DNA of 64,000 bases, taken from assembly GCF_004010195.1 (NCBI RefSeq), contig NC_057718.1:76200210-76264209 (forward strand), written 5' to 3'. The notes under the pieces are model-generated. The model saw only the letters and a list, made by a program, of their open reading frames with translations, made no database searches and was not told where the DNA came from. This document shows, piece after piece, positions 25,505 through 37,869 of the stretch. Position numbers and translations under genes: made by a program. Within the stretch, counting starts at the first letter, position 1, and each line of letters begins with the position of its first letter. The DNA is from Chiloscyllium plagiosum (lineage: Eukaryota).

Positions 25505-27629
25505 CTCAACAACAGATCTCAGGCTAACTTATTTTCTATTACCTGCTTTCCCTCTCTCATGTTTCTTCAACAGATGAACAGATACAACATTCTAATCTAC
25601 AAAACGGCCCCCAATAAAAAAATCTGTGGAGGATTATAGTTAGGGCAATTGCAAAGTACACCTATTTATTTTAGAATCTGTCATTGAAATAATCTGGTCA
25701 TGGGAATTTGTTACTCGTGCTATTATTTTCTTTTATCCTAACATTGTTGTCACTCTTGACTTTTCTAACTTACCCAGTCAATAAATTGTGTGCTCTCTTT
25801 CTTTTGGTTTTATGTCATCTCTCACTTCTTTCATAGTTTATGACAGTCTTTTTTGCACAACCTGCGCTCTTTCATTTAGAGATATTAACTGGCTGTGTCA
25901 CATTAAAATTTTGAGCACTAACCACTTAAGATTGGTTGCTTTACCCAATAAAAGAACAGTGATCAGGTTATCCTTGCCTGCAAATTTCACCCTACTCGTC
26001 CTTATATTTAGTGAATCACCCTCCGCTATTCCCACAACCCTTGCATGATGCCATACCGAACAAATATTGTCCATCCTTTGTCTTTCAGCAATTCAAAGGG
26101 ACTACTCACGTCTCAATTATCTGGTCCACTCCTTCAATCATCCCCAACAACCAGTCTCCTATAACACCGAAGAGGGCAGTTATTTACTTTCTAGAATCAA
26201 ATTTTCAGGTGCTAGTAATAGAAAGTCAACAAGGGGTCAAAAGGTGCAGATCTCCAATTACTCCCTTTGCAGCACACCAGCAAGAATGCATATGGCACGC
26301 CGGGGTGGGGGATAGCTGGGACCAGTTTATGCATAGGAAGAATCGATACAAAAGTGGCAGGCTTCAGCTCTACAAGACAGGAACCAGTTGTGACAGTGTT
26401 GTGGCTTTAAGAGCTGCATTTCCTCCTGGTTTTTTTAAGAATAAAAAAAGAGAATGAAGAACAGGTCCCACGCAGTTAATGAGAACATAAACAATTTGAG
26501 AGGCCTTGGATTTTTTTTTTATAAATGTTGGAACAATAGAAGCAGCTAGAGTGGGTATGATCAAGCTCTCAGATCCAAGAGTTTTGATAGCTTTTGCCAG
26601 TTGTTGCTGGGGTCTAAGCAGGGTTGGAAGGCAGTGAATCTCTTCTAGTGTAACATTTACTCACTCTCCAAACTGGCTTTTGATGTCCTTTCCTCCTGGA
26701 TTGGAGAACTGCATGAGATACAGTCTGCTTTTCAATTTGTCTTTTTGCCAAGGGTGTGCTTATGGGATGTTAGTATATTAGAAGTTAATTAGTAACAGCT
26801 ACTGCGCTTATAATTCTAGTAAGTTTTCCAATACAGTTACATCATTCTAAGTGCTTCTTCCTTCTTCCAGGTTAGTATTTTAACTATAGTGTTCGAATGA
26901 CTGGTGTTTTGCTTAATATAGCATCTGACATTTACCATTGAAATAAAAAGAAATTAGGTGCAAGAAAGAGAGAGGGAGTGGGAGGGGGAGCAGGAGCAGG
27001 GAGATCCTATTGCCTCGATAAACATGAAGGCAGTATTACTCATTGTTTGGCTTTGCTTTCTAGATATAATGACATCCGAAAGTATTTTTAACTTATAAAG
27101 TCTTAGACTGTATGGTTTCAAACCTACCCCATTGCCTCAGCAATATAGACTAAAAGGTGAGCACATTACTGAAGGAGTGCGATATCATCACTTATTTCGG
27201 ACCAGATGCTAAACTATAGCTTCCGTTGCATTTATATAGTTATAAAGGTTCCTACTCCACTAATACTTCACAAATAAAATAGTCGTCATTTATTTTCCAA
27301 TCACTTCATGATCTAATTCCTCACCATTTCCACGTAGACAGGTTCAGAAAAGTTCCCTTGATATAGTGGAAAATTTGTCAATGAACGTTCAGATTTAAAC
27401 AGCTGCTATTTACGTCATGAAAACGATTATTTGCAAAGTCACTTTTTCAAATTAGACAGAAACATTTAGAGCAGGTTTATCACGGCTATGCTTGTCAGCC
27501 TGCGGTTCTTTTTTTAACCTGTTACTTTAATTACACTGCTATTTACCCGTACTAAACAATCTGGTCTTGTGTAAAAATTTTGCGTGAAAAGGTATTTGAG
27601 ATAGGAGCATACCACTAGTTATTGAGTTA

Positions 27630-28188
27630 AGAGTCGTACAGCACAGAAACAGACCCTTCAATCCAACTTGTCCATGCCAACCAAATTTCCCATTTGTATG
27701 CACTTGGCCCTTATCTCTCTAAACCTTTCCTATTCATGTACCTCTCTAACTGTACCAGCATCTACCACTTTCTCTGGCAGTTCATTCCATATATGAACTA
27801 CCCTGAGAGAGAAAACTTTGCCTCTCATGTCTCTAAAATCTTTCTCCTCTCAAGAGAAATAGAATCATAGAATTCCTACAGCGTAGAAACAGGTCAACAC
27901 TGACCTTCTAAACAGTAATCCACCCAGACCTATTCCCCTACTCTATTACTCTACATTTACCCCTGACTAGTATACATAATCTACACACCCCTGAACACTA
28001 TGGGTAATTTAGCAAGGCCAATTCACCCATCCTGCACATCGTTGGATTGTGGAAGGAAAACAGAGCACCTGGAGGAAACCCACAGACACAGAACGCGCAA
28101 TCTCCACACAGACAGTTGCCTGTCAGTGATCCACCCAAGGCTGGAATCGAACCTGGGTCACTGGCATCAGTGCACCACTGTGCCACCC
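27630..28188 (-). mobile_element. CR1 3' end (about 27630-27850) followed by a diverged HE1-type SINE (about 27860-28188)
   Basis: The first part matches 31194-31440; the second matches the reverse complement of the SINE consensus. Confidence 0.8.
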
Positions 28189-28559
28189 TAAATTTATAAA
28201 GTTTCTCTCCAATACACATCAAATTATATTCTGCATTAAAATTAAGCATTCAAAAGACTTGAATACATGGCAGTGTATAAAACCTGCACTTCCAAGGTAT
28301 CTAACTGACAAGATTTTTCTTTGATGCACTTTACTCAATCTAGTCAAAGTTGAGTCTTCAAACAGTTTCAAACAGCTGCTTGGACCTCATGATCACCTTC
28401 ACTGAAGAACCCCTGAACACAACTGTAAACAATTAAGAGACAGTAGCTTGAAAGTACAGATGCTAAGTATTGATGAAAGAAAAGGGGAGCTGATGAAGCT
28501 TTCGGTCTTGAACTCATCAGGACATGCAACATCCAAGACTGAACAAGATTCTGAGGGAT

Positions 28560-30180
28560 AAGATATATGTGTATTTGAAAAGACAGGCTTTGATTAATTG
28601 TGGTCAGCATGGCTTTGTGCATGGGAGATCATGCCTCACAAATTCGTTAAGAGTTCTGTGAAGAAGTGACCAGGAAGGTTGACGAGGGCAGGGCGGTAGA
28701 CATAGGCTATATCGATTTCAGTTAGGCCTTTGGTAAGATTACACATGGTATGCTACTCTGGAAGGTTAGATTGCATGGAACCCAGGGGAAGCTGGAAAAT
28801 TGGATGCACAATTGGCTTGATGGTAGGAAGCAGAGGGTAATAGTGGAATAATGCTTGTCAGATTGGAGGCCAGTGAACTAGTGATGTGCCTCAGGGTCCA
28901 TTATCCATGTTTTGTTATCCATGGATGAAAATGTACAAGGCATGATTAGTAAGCTTGCAGATTACTTTGAAATAGGCGGTATTGTGCATGGTGAGGGAGG
29001 TTTATCAGAAATTGCAGCAGGACCTGTGGGCGGCACGGTGGCACAGTGGTTAGCACTGCTGCCTCACAGCGCCAGAGACCCGGGTTCAATTCCCGCCTCA
29101 GGCGACTCTCTGTGTGGAGTTTGCACATTCTCCCCGTGTCTGCGTGGGTTTCCTCCGGGTGCTCCGGTTTCCTCCCACAATCCAAAAATGTGCAGGTTAG
29201 GTGAATTGACCATGCTAAATTGTCCGTAGTGTTAGGTGAAGAGGTAAATGTAGGAGTATGGGTCTGGCGGGTCGGTGTGGACTTGTTGGGCCGAAGGGCC
29301 TGTTTCCACACTGTAAGTAATCTAATCTAATCTAATCTAATCTAATCTAATTTGACCTTGAACAGCTGTGGAACTGAGCAAGCAGTGGTAAATGGAGTTT
29401 AATACATAAAATGTGAGGTCTTGCATTTTAGAAAGTCAAATCAAGGTATGAGTTTCATGGTGAATGGTAGGGCCTTAAGGAGTGTAGTGGAATACAGGGA
29501 CCATGGAGTTCAAGTGCATGGTTCTCTGAAAGTGGAGTTACAGGTAGACAGGATAGTGAAGGCTTTTGCACACTGGCTTTCATCAGTCAGCACACTGACT
29601 ATAGAAGTTGGGAAATTATGTTGCAGTTGTACAGGACATTGGTAAGGCTACAGTTCATTTTTGGTCACCTTGTTATAGGAAAGAAGTTATTAAACTGGAA
29701 AGAGTGCAGAAGAAATCTACAAGCATGTTGCCAGGACTCAAGGGTCTGAGTAATAGGAAGAGGTTGGACAAGCTAGCACTTTTTACATTACAGCACAGGT
29801 GACTGAGGGAGGAATCTTATAGAAGCGCATAAGATCAGGAGAGGCATGGATATGGTAAATGCACTCAGTCTTTTTCCCAGGGTTGGGGAATCGAGGACTA
29901 CAGGGCATCACAGTTTAAGGTTTGAGGGGAAAAAATGAAAGGGAACCTAAGGGCAATGTTTTTTATATAGAGGGTAGTAAACATATGGAATGAGCTGCCA
30001 ACGGAAGTGGTTGAGGCGGGTACATTAACAACATTTAAAAGGCATTTGGACAAACACATGGATAGGAAAGGTTTAGAAGAATTTGGGCCAAATGCAGGGA
30101 AATAGGGTTCACACGGATGGACATTTTGGTTGACATGAACCATTCTGGGCAGAAGGGCCTGTCTCCATGCTGTGGGACTC
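28560..30180 (+). mobile_element. CR1/HER1-type LINE fragment interrupted by a SINE at 29028-29351
   Basis: Motifs cagcatggctttgtg and ggtaggaagcagagggt, HFWSPCYRKEVIKLERVQKK, and the 3' UTR. Confidence 0.85.
29028..29351 (+). mobile_element. HE1-type tRNA-derived SINE, young (CpGs retained)
   Basis: A and B boxes plus a (taatc)n tail of about 6 units. Confidence 0.92.
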
Positions 30181-30718
30181 TATATTTCCAAGAAATGGTC
30201 AAGTGCATGTCTCTCAGCAGTAAGAGATACTGCTGCAAAGTGGAAACTTCCTTTTTTTTGCTTAAAAGTAGTGAAAATCTTCATCATATAACCAAATGAG
30301 TTAAAAGTGTGCAAGTTTCAGACTTTAGCTTACTTTATCTACCAAAAGATAGTTTATTTACTTAGCAAGTGGAGTCTTCAAAGTACAACCGAACAGCTTC
30401 TTGAAAATCCAATTAAATTGAATATAATCACACATTACCAGTTGTGTCCAAAATCAATGCTCTTCACTTGTATCAGTGCAGGTTTCATGCATGACTGACG
30501 GCAAACATATTCAGTAACATTCATTTTTGTTGTGCTACCATTTGCAGCTTTTTTAAAAATAAAGCGTTGTTTCCTTACCTTTTAGGTGTTACCATCTGTG
30601 CAAATAGTGGCTACATCAATATTCTTACCATGTGGCATTATCATGCAAATTGCCACACGGTGCATGAACTCTGGAACATTACCCTTACATTTCAGGTGCG
30701 GAAAATATCCATACTTAC

Positions 30719-31115
30719 TGGGATCATTCAATGCCGGCTTCTTGGAGTCCATCCGTCCAGCTCCATATACAACTGTACGCCCCATCAACCCTATGCTGCC
30801 ATTAGTTTGTAAGAAGTTGCTCCTGGTAGAATATAATTTAGTAGTGGGTACTGTAGTCAATATTATATCGAGAGAAGGTTTGTTGTAAAATGTCTTGGCA
30901 CTGACACCCATGTTGCCCTCAGTTTGTGTTGGGGTACATGCATGAATCGATGGACGTGGCTGAGGTGTCCCAACATAGGCGGAATCAGAAACTTGCTTGG
31001 GTCGTCTTATTGCATCCTTGGGTATTGGCTTTCTACAATGTTCACATTTTGTATGGTCTTCACTTTTTCTCCCACAATTTTTACATATACTGAAGAATTC
31101 ATCGAGTGCCTGCCC
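30719..31115 (-). CDS. SENP6: SENP6 coding exon (397 nt, phase 0 to 1): GQALDEFFSICKNCGRKSEDHTKCEHC...KTFYNKPSLDIIL...FLQTNG...ALNDP
   Basis: Acceptor tttttcaaatttcag and donor CCA|gtaagt, inside ORF 30582..31169. KTFY, DII, LQTNG and LNDP match SENP6 (KKFY, PIDIIV, YLQTNG, DLNDP). Confidence 0.93.
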
Positions 31116-31193
31116 CTGAAATTTGAAAAACAAGAGTGAAACTTTTTTTTTACAAAAATCTATCATCACACAATCATGTACTCATACATACAA

Positions 31194-32410
31194 AGTCATA
31201 CAGATGTACAGCATGGAAACAGACCCTTCGGTCCAACCTGTCAATGCTGACCAGATATCCCACCTGCCAGCACCCGACCCATATCCTTCCAAACGCTTCC
31301 TATTCATGTACCCATCCAAATGTCTCTTAAATGTTGCAGTTGTACCAGCCTCCACCACATCCTCTGGCAGTTCATTCCATACACGCACCACCCTCTGAGT
31401 AAAAACGTTGCCCCTTAGGTCTCTTTTATATCTTTCCCCTCTCACCCTAAACCTATGTCCTCTAGTTCTGGACTCCTCCACCCCAGGGAAAAGACTTTGC
31501 CTATTTACCCTATACACGGCCCTCAATTTTGTAAACTCTATAAGGTCACCCCTCAGCCTCCGATGCTCCAGGGAAAAACAGTCCCAGCCTGTTCAGCCTC
31601 TCCCTATAGCTCAAATCCTCCAACCCCTGCCAACATCCTTGTAAATCTTTTCTGAACCCTTTCAAGTTTCACAACATCTTTCCGATAGGAAGGAGACCAG
31701 AATTGCACACAATATTCAAACAGTGGCCTAATCAATGTCCTGTACAGCCGCAACATGACCCCCCCAACTCCTGTACTCAATACTCTGACCAATAAAGGAA
31801 AGCATACCAAATGCCTTCTTCACTATCCTACCTACCTGCGACTCCACTTTCAAGGAGCTATGAACCTGTACGCCAAGGTCTCTTTGTTCAGCAACACTCC
31901 CAAGGACATTACCATTAAGTGTATAAGTTCTGCTAAGATTTGCTTTCCCAAAATGCAGCACCTCGCATTTATCTGAATTAAACTCCATCTGCCACTTCTC
32001 AGCCCATTGGCCCATTTGGTCAAGATCCTGTTGCAATCTGAGGTAACCCTCTTCGCTGTCCACTACACCTCCAATTTTGCTGTCATCTGCAAACGTACTA
32101 ACTGTACCTCTTATGCTCGCATCCAAATCATTTATGTAAATGACAAAAAGTAGAGGTCCCAGCACCGATCCTTGTGGCACTCCACTGGTCACAGGCCTCC
32201 AGTTGGAAAAACAACCCGCCACCACCACCCTCTGTCTTCTACCTTTGAGCCAGTTCTATATCCAAATGGCTAGTTCTCCCTGTATTCCATGAGATCTAAC
32301 CTTGCTAATCAGTCTCCCATGGGGAATCTTGCCGAACCCCTTACTAAAGTCCATATAGATCACGTCTACTGCTCTGCCCTCATCAATCCTCTTTGTTACT
32401 TCCTCAAACC
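31194..32410 (-). mobile_element. CR1/HER1 LINE, young 5'-truncated copy
   Basis: ORFs 31728..32228 (VTSGVPQGSVLGPLLF...FADDSK), 31604..31810 and 31182..31526. Confidence 0.95.
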
Positions 32411-35179
32411 TTACCTCTCCTGCAATCTGAAATTTATCAAGATAACAGATTGAAATTAAACAAAAGACATGAGAAGCATTTTTCAATGTAAGGTGTTTGA
32501 ATCTTTAACTCTGGGAACACTGAGGTAGTCTTTGCTGTGGAATCAATATTTTTGAGAAAGGTACACTTAACATTTATAATTTGAGTGTGTAGAACAGGGG
32601 AGGTAGGGGGAGGAGGAGGAATGAACAAAAAGGAATGTCTGTGATGGGGAAGTTCAAAGTGATTTTAAATAAACAAAATAAGTGTTGGTATGGAGCAAAA
32701 AAAAAACACAATGATAATGGAACAACAGGGAAATAAACAGGAGATCAGAAAAGGTATAAATGGCAAAGTAAAAGCATCACCAGCAAACCCCCTCCTATTT
32801 CTCCACTTTTTAGTGTTCTGCACTTGCTAATTAACTTACAAGAAAATCAACATCACCAATTTCTTCCAGTTCTGTTGAAATGTCATTAAGTTTTCAGTAG
32901 TTATCACACTTTGCTTTGGTTAGATTTGAAAAATGTCAAAAGATCAGAGTGTGTTGAAAACAATTTCAAGTAATCACAAGAAACCAAATTAAAACAGAAA
33001 ATTCTGGAAATGTTCTGATTAAACAGCATTTGAAAGCGAAAACAAAGCTCAATATCCCTGCAAGATTGCTTTGAGGACTTGTTTGACATGTAATGCCAGT
33101 TTAACAGATTTTCTGTTTGCTGTTAAACGACTTTCATCCAAAACATGAACTTGTGTTTTCACTTTCAGATGTCAGTGGGCCAGCTAAGTTTCCAGCTTTG
33201 CCTGCTTCAATTTATGGCTGTAATTACATACATTGACGTTTTATACTCTCATTTTTTGTTCACTCTATCAAAGTATCAACTATATCAGTTACCCACTGGA
33301 CCTAGTTCAAAAAGCAATACACAACATAACCAAGATAAAAGATATCATATAACTATTACTTCCATAGTAATGTGAACCCATTGCAAGTCTAAACAATTTT
33401 CTATCCTCCATCAAATAACAGCGAAAAACAATTTCAGGCCTAGCTTGTTAATCAGAAAAATAACAGGTTGTATAATTACATTTATACACAAATATTAAAA
33501 ATAATTATAAAATATGAAAATATAAATCAAAATGTACAAAGCAGCATGAATTAGAATTTCTTCACTTTTGCAATGTAGAAATAACCAACACATTGTTATT
33601 AAAATATTTTTTAAAAACTGCTTACAAAACTATTCAAGCCAGTGACAAATAAATGTTTTTAAAATCAAGTGAATCAATACCAAGATCAAGATGAAGATCC
33701 ATTTAAATAGTCACTTGGTAATACAGAACTAGAGTATTGTTGAATAAAAGACAAGCTTCTGATGCTTTTCACTCTAATTCATCAGGATAGAATTGCAAGA
33801 ATACCAAATCGCCAAGGGAACAAAATTTACACTGCATGAGAAGAGATTGGTGGGAAGGAGATCTTGCTTGCTCCAGGAATTGCCATATATCAGGGAACAG
33901 TTGCCAAGCTTTTGATTAAAATCAAGGATCTGTTACTGAAACCAAAACACTGCACACATGCACAAACACCCTTTGTGTCAGCAAGTGCAGCCTACCACAA
34001 TATGAACAGTTATTAAAATAATCTCATGAATTGATTTTCCTAACTAACACACTACTGATTGTTGCCAAATGCGAAAATGAAACTAATCGTTGAAATTTAA
34101 AATAAAATTAATTTAAAATAAAAATTGAGTTTTGTTTCATACTTTATTTCTGTGCTCCCATACACAGTTTCATTCAAATAGCATTAATTGGTATGTTAAT
34201 TTGTGTAATCATATTTATGAGAGATATTATTGCTTCAAATGGCATTCTCCTTAGTGTCAGTAAACACAGGCTAAATTTAAAACAGGTACGTTAACTATGA
34301 TTGATAAAGAGATTTACTATGAGTGTGCACCAGAGAAAGACTGTCCTTGAGCTTTTAATCAGTTCAGAAAGGTGCACTAAATGGACATGTTCTTTCTATT
34401 TTCAAAGGACACAGACCAGAGCATGAATGTATCTGGCTTCGAGCATACACAAGCAAGCCACATTGCTGTGGCTGTGATGATCTTAAATTGGTTGTTAGCA
34501 TAATTCATAGCAAAAACAGGATTGCTTGGCATGTACAGTCCAATTGCAGAATCACCTCCAATGTTGAACACTGTATTTGGAGTTTGGCAAGCACCAAGCT
34601 AGTTGGGTATGGTCAACACTCTGTTGTAAATGTTACAGCATCAATTTCAAAGGAAATATACTAATGAGAAAATAACTTGGATGCAAAATATGTCAACAGC
34701 AGTGACTGTAAAGTCCAGCTTGTACAGTGCAACTTGAGATGGCTGGAGGAGTGATTTCCTGCAACAATGTTTGCTGAACTTTTATAGTGAAGTTGCCAGC
34801 TAGGAAATCCTGTAATATATCTTAAGTAAAGAGAACCTATACTTGGGTTTACCTGGTATGAGCTTGTAAGTTTATGTTCAGTAAACAGAGCCACAATAAC
34901 GAACAGCTGAAGGAATGTTTATATTATCCAATCATTGGATTGAATGGTCTATATACCTGGTTTCACAATTCTAATGAAATTAATTTACTACAATATTCAT
35001 TTATGCTCAAATTGTTGATCAAATCTTTCAGACACAAATTGTTCAGAGTGATCTGAGGTAGCCTTAGGCCCACTCATGAGCTTACACAATATATAGAGAA
35101 CAGGGTAACCAGTAACTGACAGGACAGTTCCTTTCTCAGGTTTCTTTTCTGCACTTCCTTGTACTGTTCTTTTTCCTCA

Positions 35180-35480
35180 GGGAACCCCTACAGTGTGTGG
35201 AAACAAGCCATTCGGCCCATCGAGTCCACACCAACCCTCCAAAGAGCATCTCACTCAGACACATCCTATAGCACTGCATTTCCCATGGCTAACTCACCTA
35301 GAAGGCAAATTTAGCATGGCCAATCCATCTAACCTGAACACCTTTGGACTATGAGAGGAAACCGGAGCGCCTGGAGTAAACCCACACAGACACGGGGAGA
35401 ATTTGCAAGCACCCTATGGTCGCCCATGGGTGAAACTGAACCTGGCAATGTGAAACAGCAGTGCCAACCACTGAACCACT
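35180..35480 (-). mobile_element. HE1-type SINE, diverged
   Basis: Reverse-complement match to the SINE consensus (aggaaaccggagcgcctggag, cacacagacacggggagaa). Confidence 0.8.
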
Positions 35481-35559
35481 ATTTCCCTCACCTTTGGGAG
35501 CCTCCTTCAGGTTGGACTAATCTGAATGAGGGCCTTCTGGGCTGTACTTCTTGAGGGAA

Positions 35560-36480
35560 ACCTTTCATGGACTCTTTGAAGTGCTTCCTTGGTTCTCCTC
35601 TTATTCAAGTGCTTTCCCTGAGTGGGGTGAAGATGATTAGCTTTGTCAGTCAGAACTCTGGCATCCTAATCAGCCCAGCGAATTGGTTTCTAATGGTTAT
35701 GAACTCAACGCCGGTGCTATTGGCTGTTTCAAGGACACTGATGTTAGTATGCCTATCCTCGCAGTTAATGCAGAGAATGCATTTCAAACAGCACTGATGA
35801 TACTTCAAGGGTCTTGAGGTGGCATCCATACTCCAAGTAGTCTAAGTTTGGGAGCCATATAGAGGAGTCATAACTACCTTATACACAAGGATCTTGGTAT
35901 CAATATGAATGCTGTGGTTGTTAAAACCTTTCACCTATAAGTGTGCTAATGTGGTGCTCGTGAATGGGATATGGCTTTAGATCTGCACATCATTGCCAAT
36001 TTCAGATGAGAGGTGGCTCCCCATGTGGGGGAAGTGTTCCACATTTGGGTGGATTTCTCCAATAATCGCAATGGAGAGATTAGTGAAGGATAGGAGTGTT
36101 TTTGAGGCTAAGACTGAGATCAGTTCTTTAATACGATTCTGAGACAGCAGAGATGGCATGTCTTCCATATACTGAAGTTTCATAACTGATGTCAGTGTCA
36201 CTGATTTCAAGGTCCATACCAGTGGGAAGCTTAGTCTCGACACGACGACAAATGGTGGCAATGAAGGTGGAGAAAGGGTGAGGGGAATGACATATCCTGC
36301 CTGACGGCCACTTACTACTATTGGTGAAAACAGTGACAAAATCTTGTCATGGTGGAGAAAGAGGGTGTTGATGAATTTTTCTGGACAGCAAACCTTTGAC
36401 AGAGGTTTTCCATAGCACTTCTTTACTGATTCAGTCAAAAGCCTTAGGTCAGATTGCTGAAGGCCATGTAGTAATTGGCA
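35560..36480 (-). mobile_element. Decayed RTE-clade LINE
   Basis: ORF 35977..36438 ends CCPEKFINT...VEHFPHMGSHLSSEIGNDVQ, resembling the RTE motifs GCP.K.I and V..F.YLGS.LS. Confidence 0.65.
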
Positions 36481-37369
36481 TCCTAACAGGATTTAATAAA
36501 TTTTAAGAATTCTGGGATGGAAAGTCAGATGGGTCAACTGGAGCGTATGTTCTGTGGGATGTATGAAGTCATTGAAATACTTGCAGAAAGTGTCTCTGGC
36601 TGCACAAATCTGAAACTTGGGTTTTTGAACGTGAACAGTAGTTCAAGTCACTGTTGTGCACTTATGAGGTAGATTGTATACATAGGAAGGTGATTACAAG
36701 CTTTCAGACAGAGGGATTGAGTGATTACCAGGAAATCTAAGACAACCAGGAAGGTAATGTAGGAATTCCCTCAATGTAATGAGAATTCCAGTTTGGAAAC
36801 TGGTGAGGATGATGCTTCGTAGTGCAGCCAGAGTCAAGCCCATGGCATCATGTGTAAGGAAGAAGAAGAATGGAAGGACAATAAATGTGGAGGATCCAGT
36901 GTCAGATGATCAGACACATGTTTCCGTGGCAATAAACATAATTCCAAATTGACATGTTGCCTTGTTGGTGCTAGGGTCAAGGATGTCACACAGCAGATAC
37001 TTCTTTTCTTTTGTGGGGTGGCAAGGGGTGGAAAATGAAGGGAGGAAAGATGAAGAATCAGCCTCAATGGTACCAACAACACAGGTAGGAAAAGGGAAGA
37101 GGTCCTGAAGGCTGATTTCAGGGAGTTAGGAAGAAAATTAAAAAGCCAAACCTGAACAGCAGCAATCTCAGGATTTTGTCCTGTGTCACATGCTAGTGAG
37201 CATAAGCATTCATGGATTTGATACATGGCTGGAGAACAGGTATAGGAAGGTGTGCATCAGATTTGAAAACTTGTAACTAGTTCTGTGGCAGGTGGGACCT
37301 GTACAAGCTGAATGGGTTACACCTTACTAGGACTGATAACCTCATGGGGAGATTTGTTACTGCGATGCA

Positions 37370-37720
37370 TGGAAATTTAGAAAATACTTAAAAGGGATAA
37401 GCAGGATAGATGCAGGTAACATGTTTTTGTTTGCTGGGGAGTCTTGAACCAAGGGGCACAATTTAAAAATAATGGGATGGCATTTAGGTCTGAAATGAGG
37501 AGAATTTTTTATTCAGACGGTTGAAAACCTTTAGAATTCCCCACCACAGAGTGCTACGGAAGCTTAGTCTTTAATTACAGTTAAGGCAGAGATTGATAGA
37601 TTTCCGACTACCAATGGTGCACAGGGTAATGCAGATGGGGTGGGTAACAGTCATTGAAGTGTTTGATCAATTGTGATCACAATGAATGATGAAGCAGGCT
37701 CAAATGGCCTATTCCTGTAC
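37370..37720 (+). mobile_element. CR1-type 3' fragment
   Basis: Motifs accaaggggcacaattt and gaggagaattttt, plus the 3' UTR. Confidence 0.7.
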
Positions 37721-37725
37721 TGATA

Positions 37726-37851
37726 GGAGAAAGTGAGGACTGCAGATGCTGGAGATCAAAGTCGAGTGTGGTGCTGGAAAAGCACAGCAGCCCACGCAGC
37801 ATCCAAGGAGCAGGAGAATCGACGTTTCCTGATGAAGGGCTTATGCCCGAA
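37726..37851. mobile_element. Short PLE-derived insert (minus arm) with an inverted hammerhead core at 37829-37851
   Basis: Junction reads gaatcgacgtttc|ctgatgaagggcttatgcccga. Confidence 0.8.
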
Positions 37852-37869
37852 TTTCTTATGTCTAGTGAA

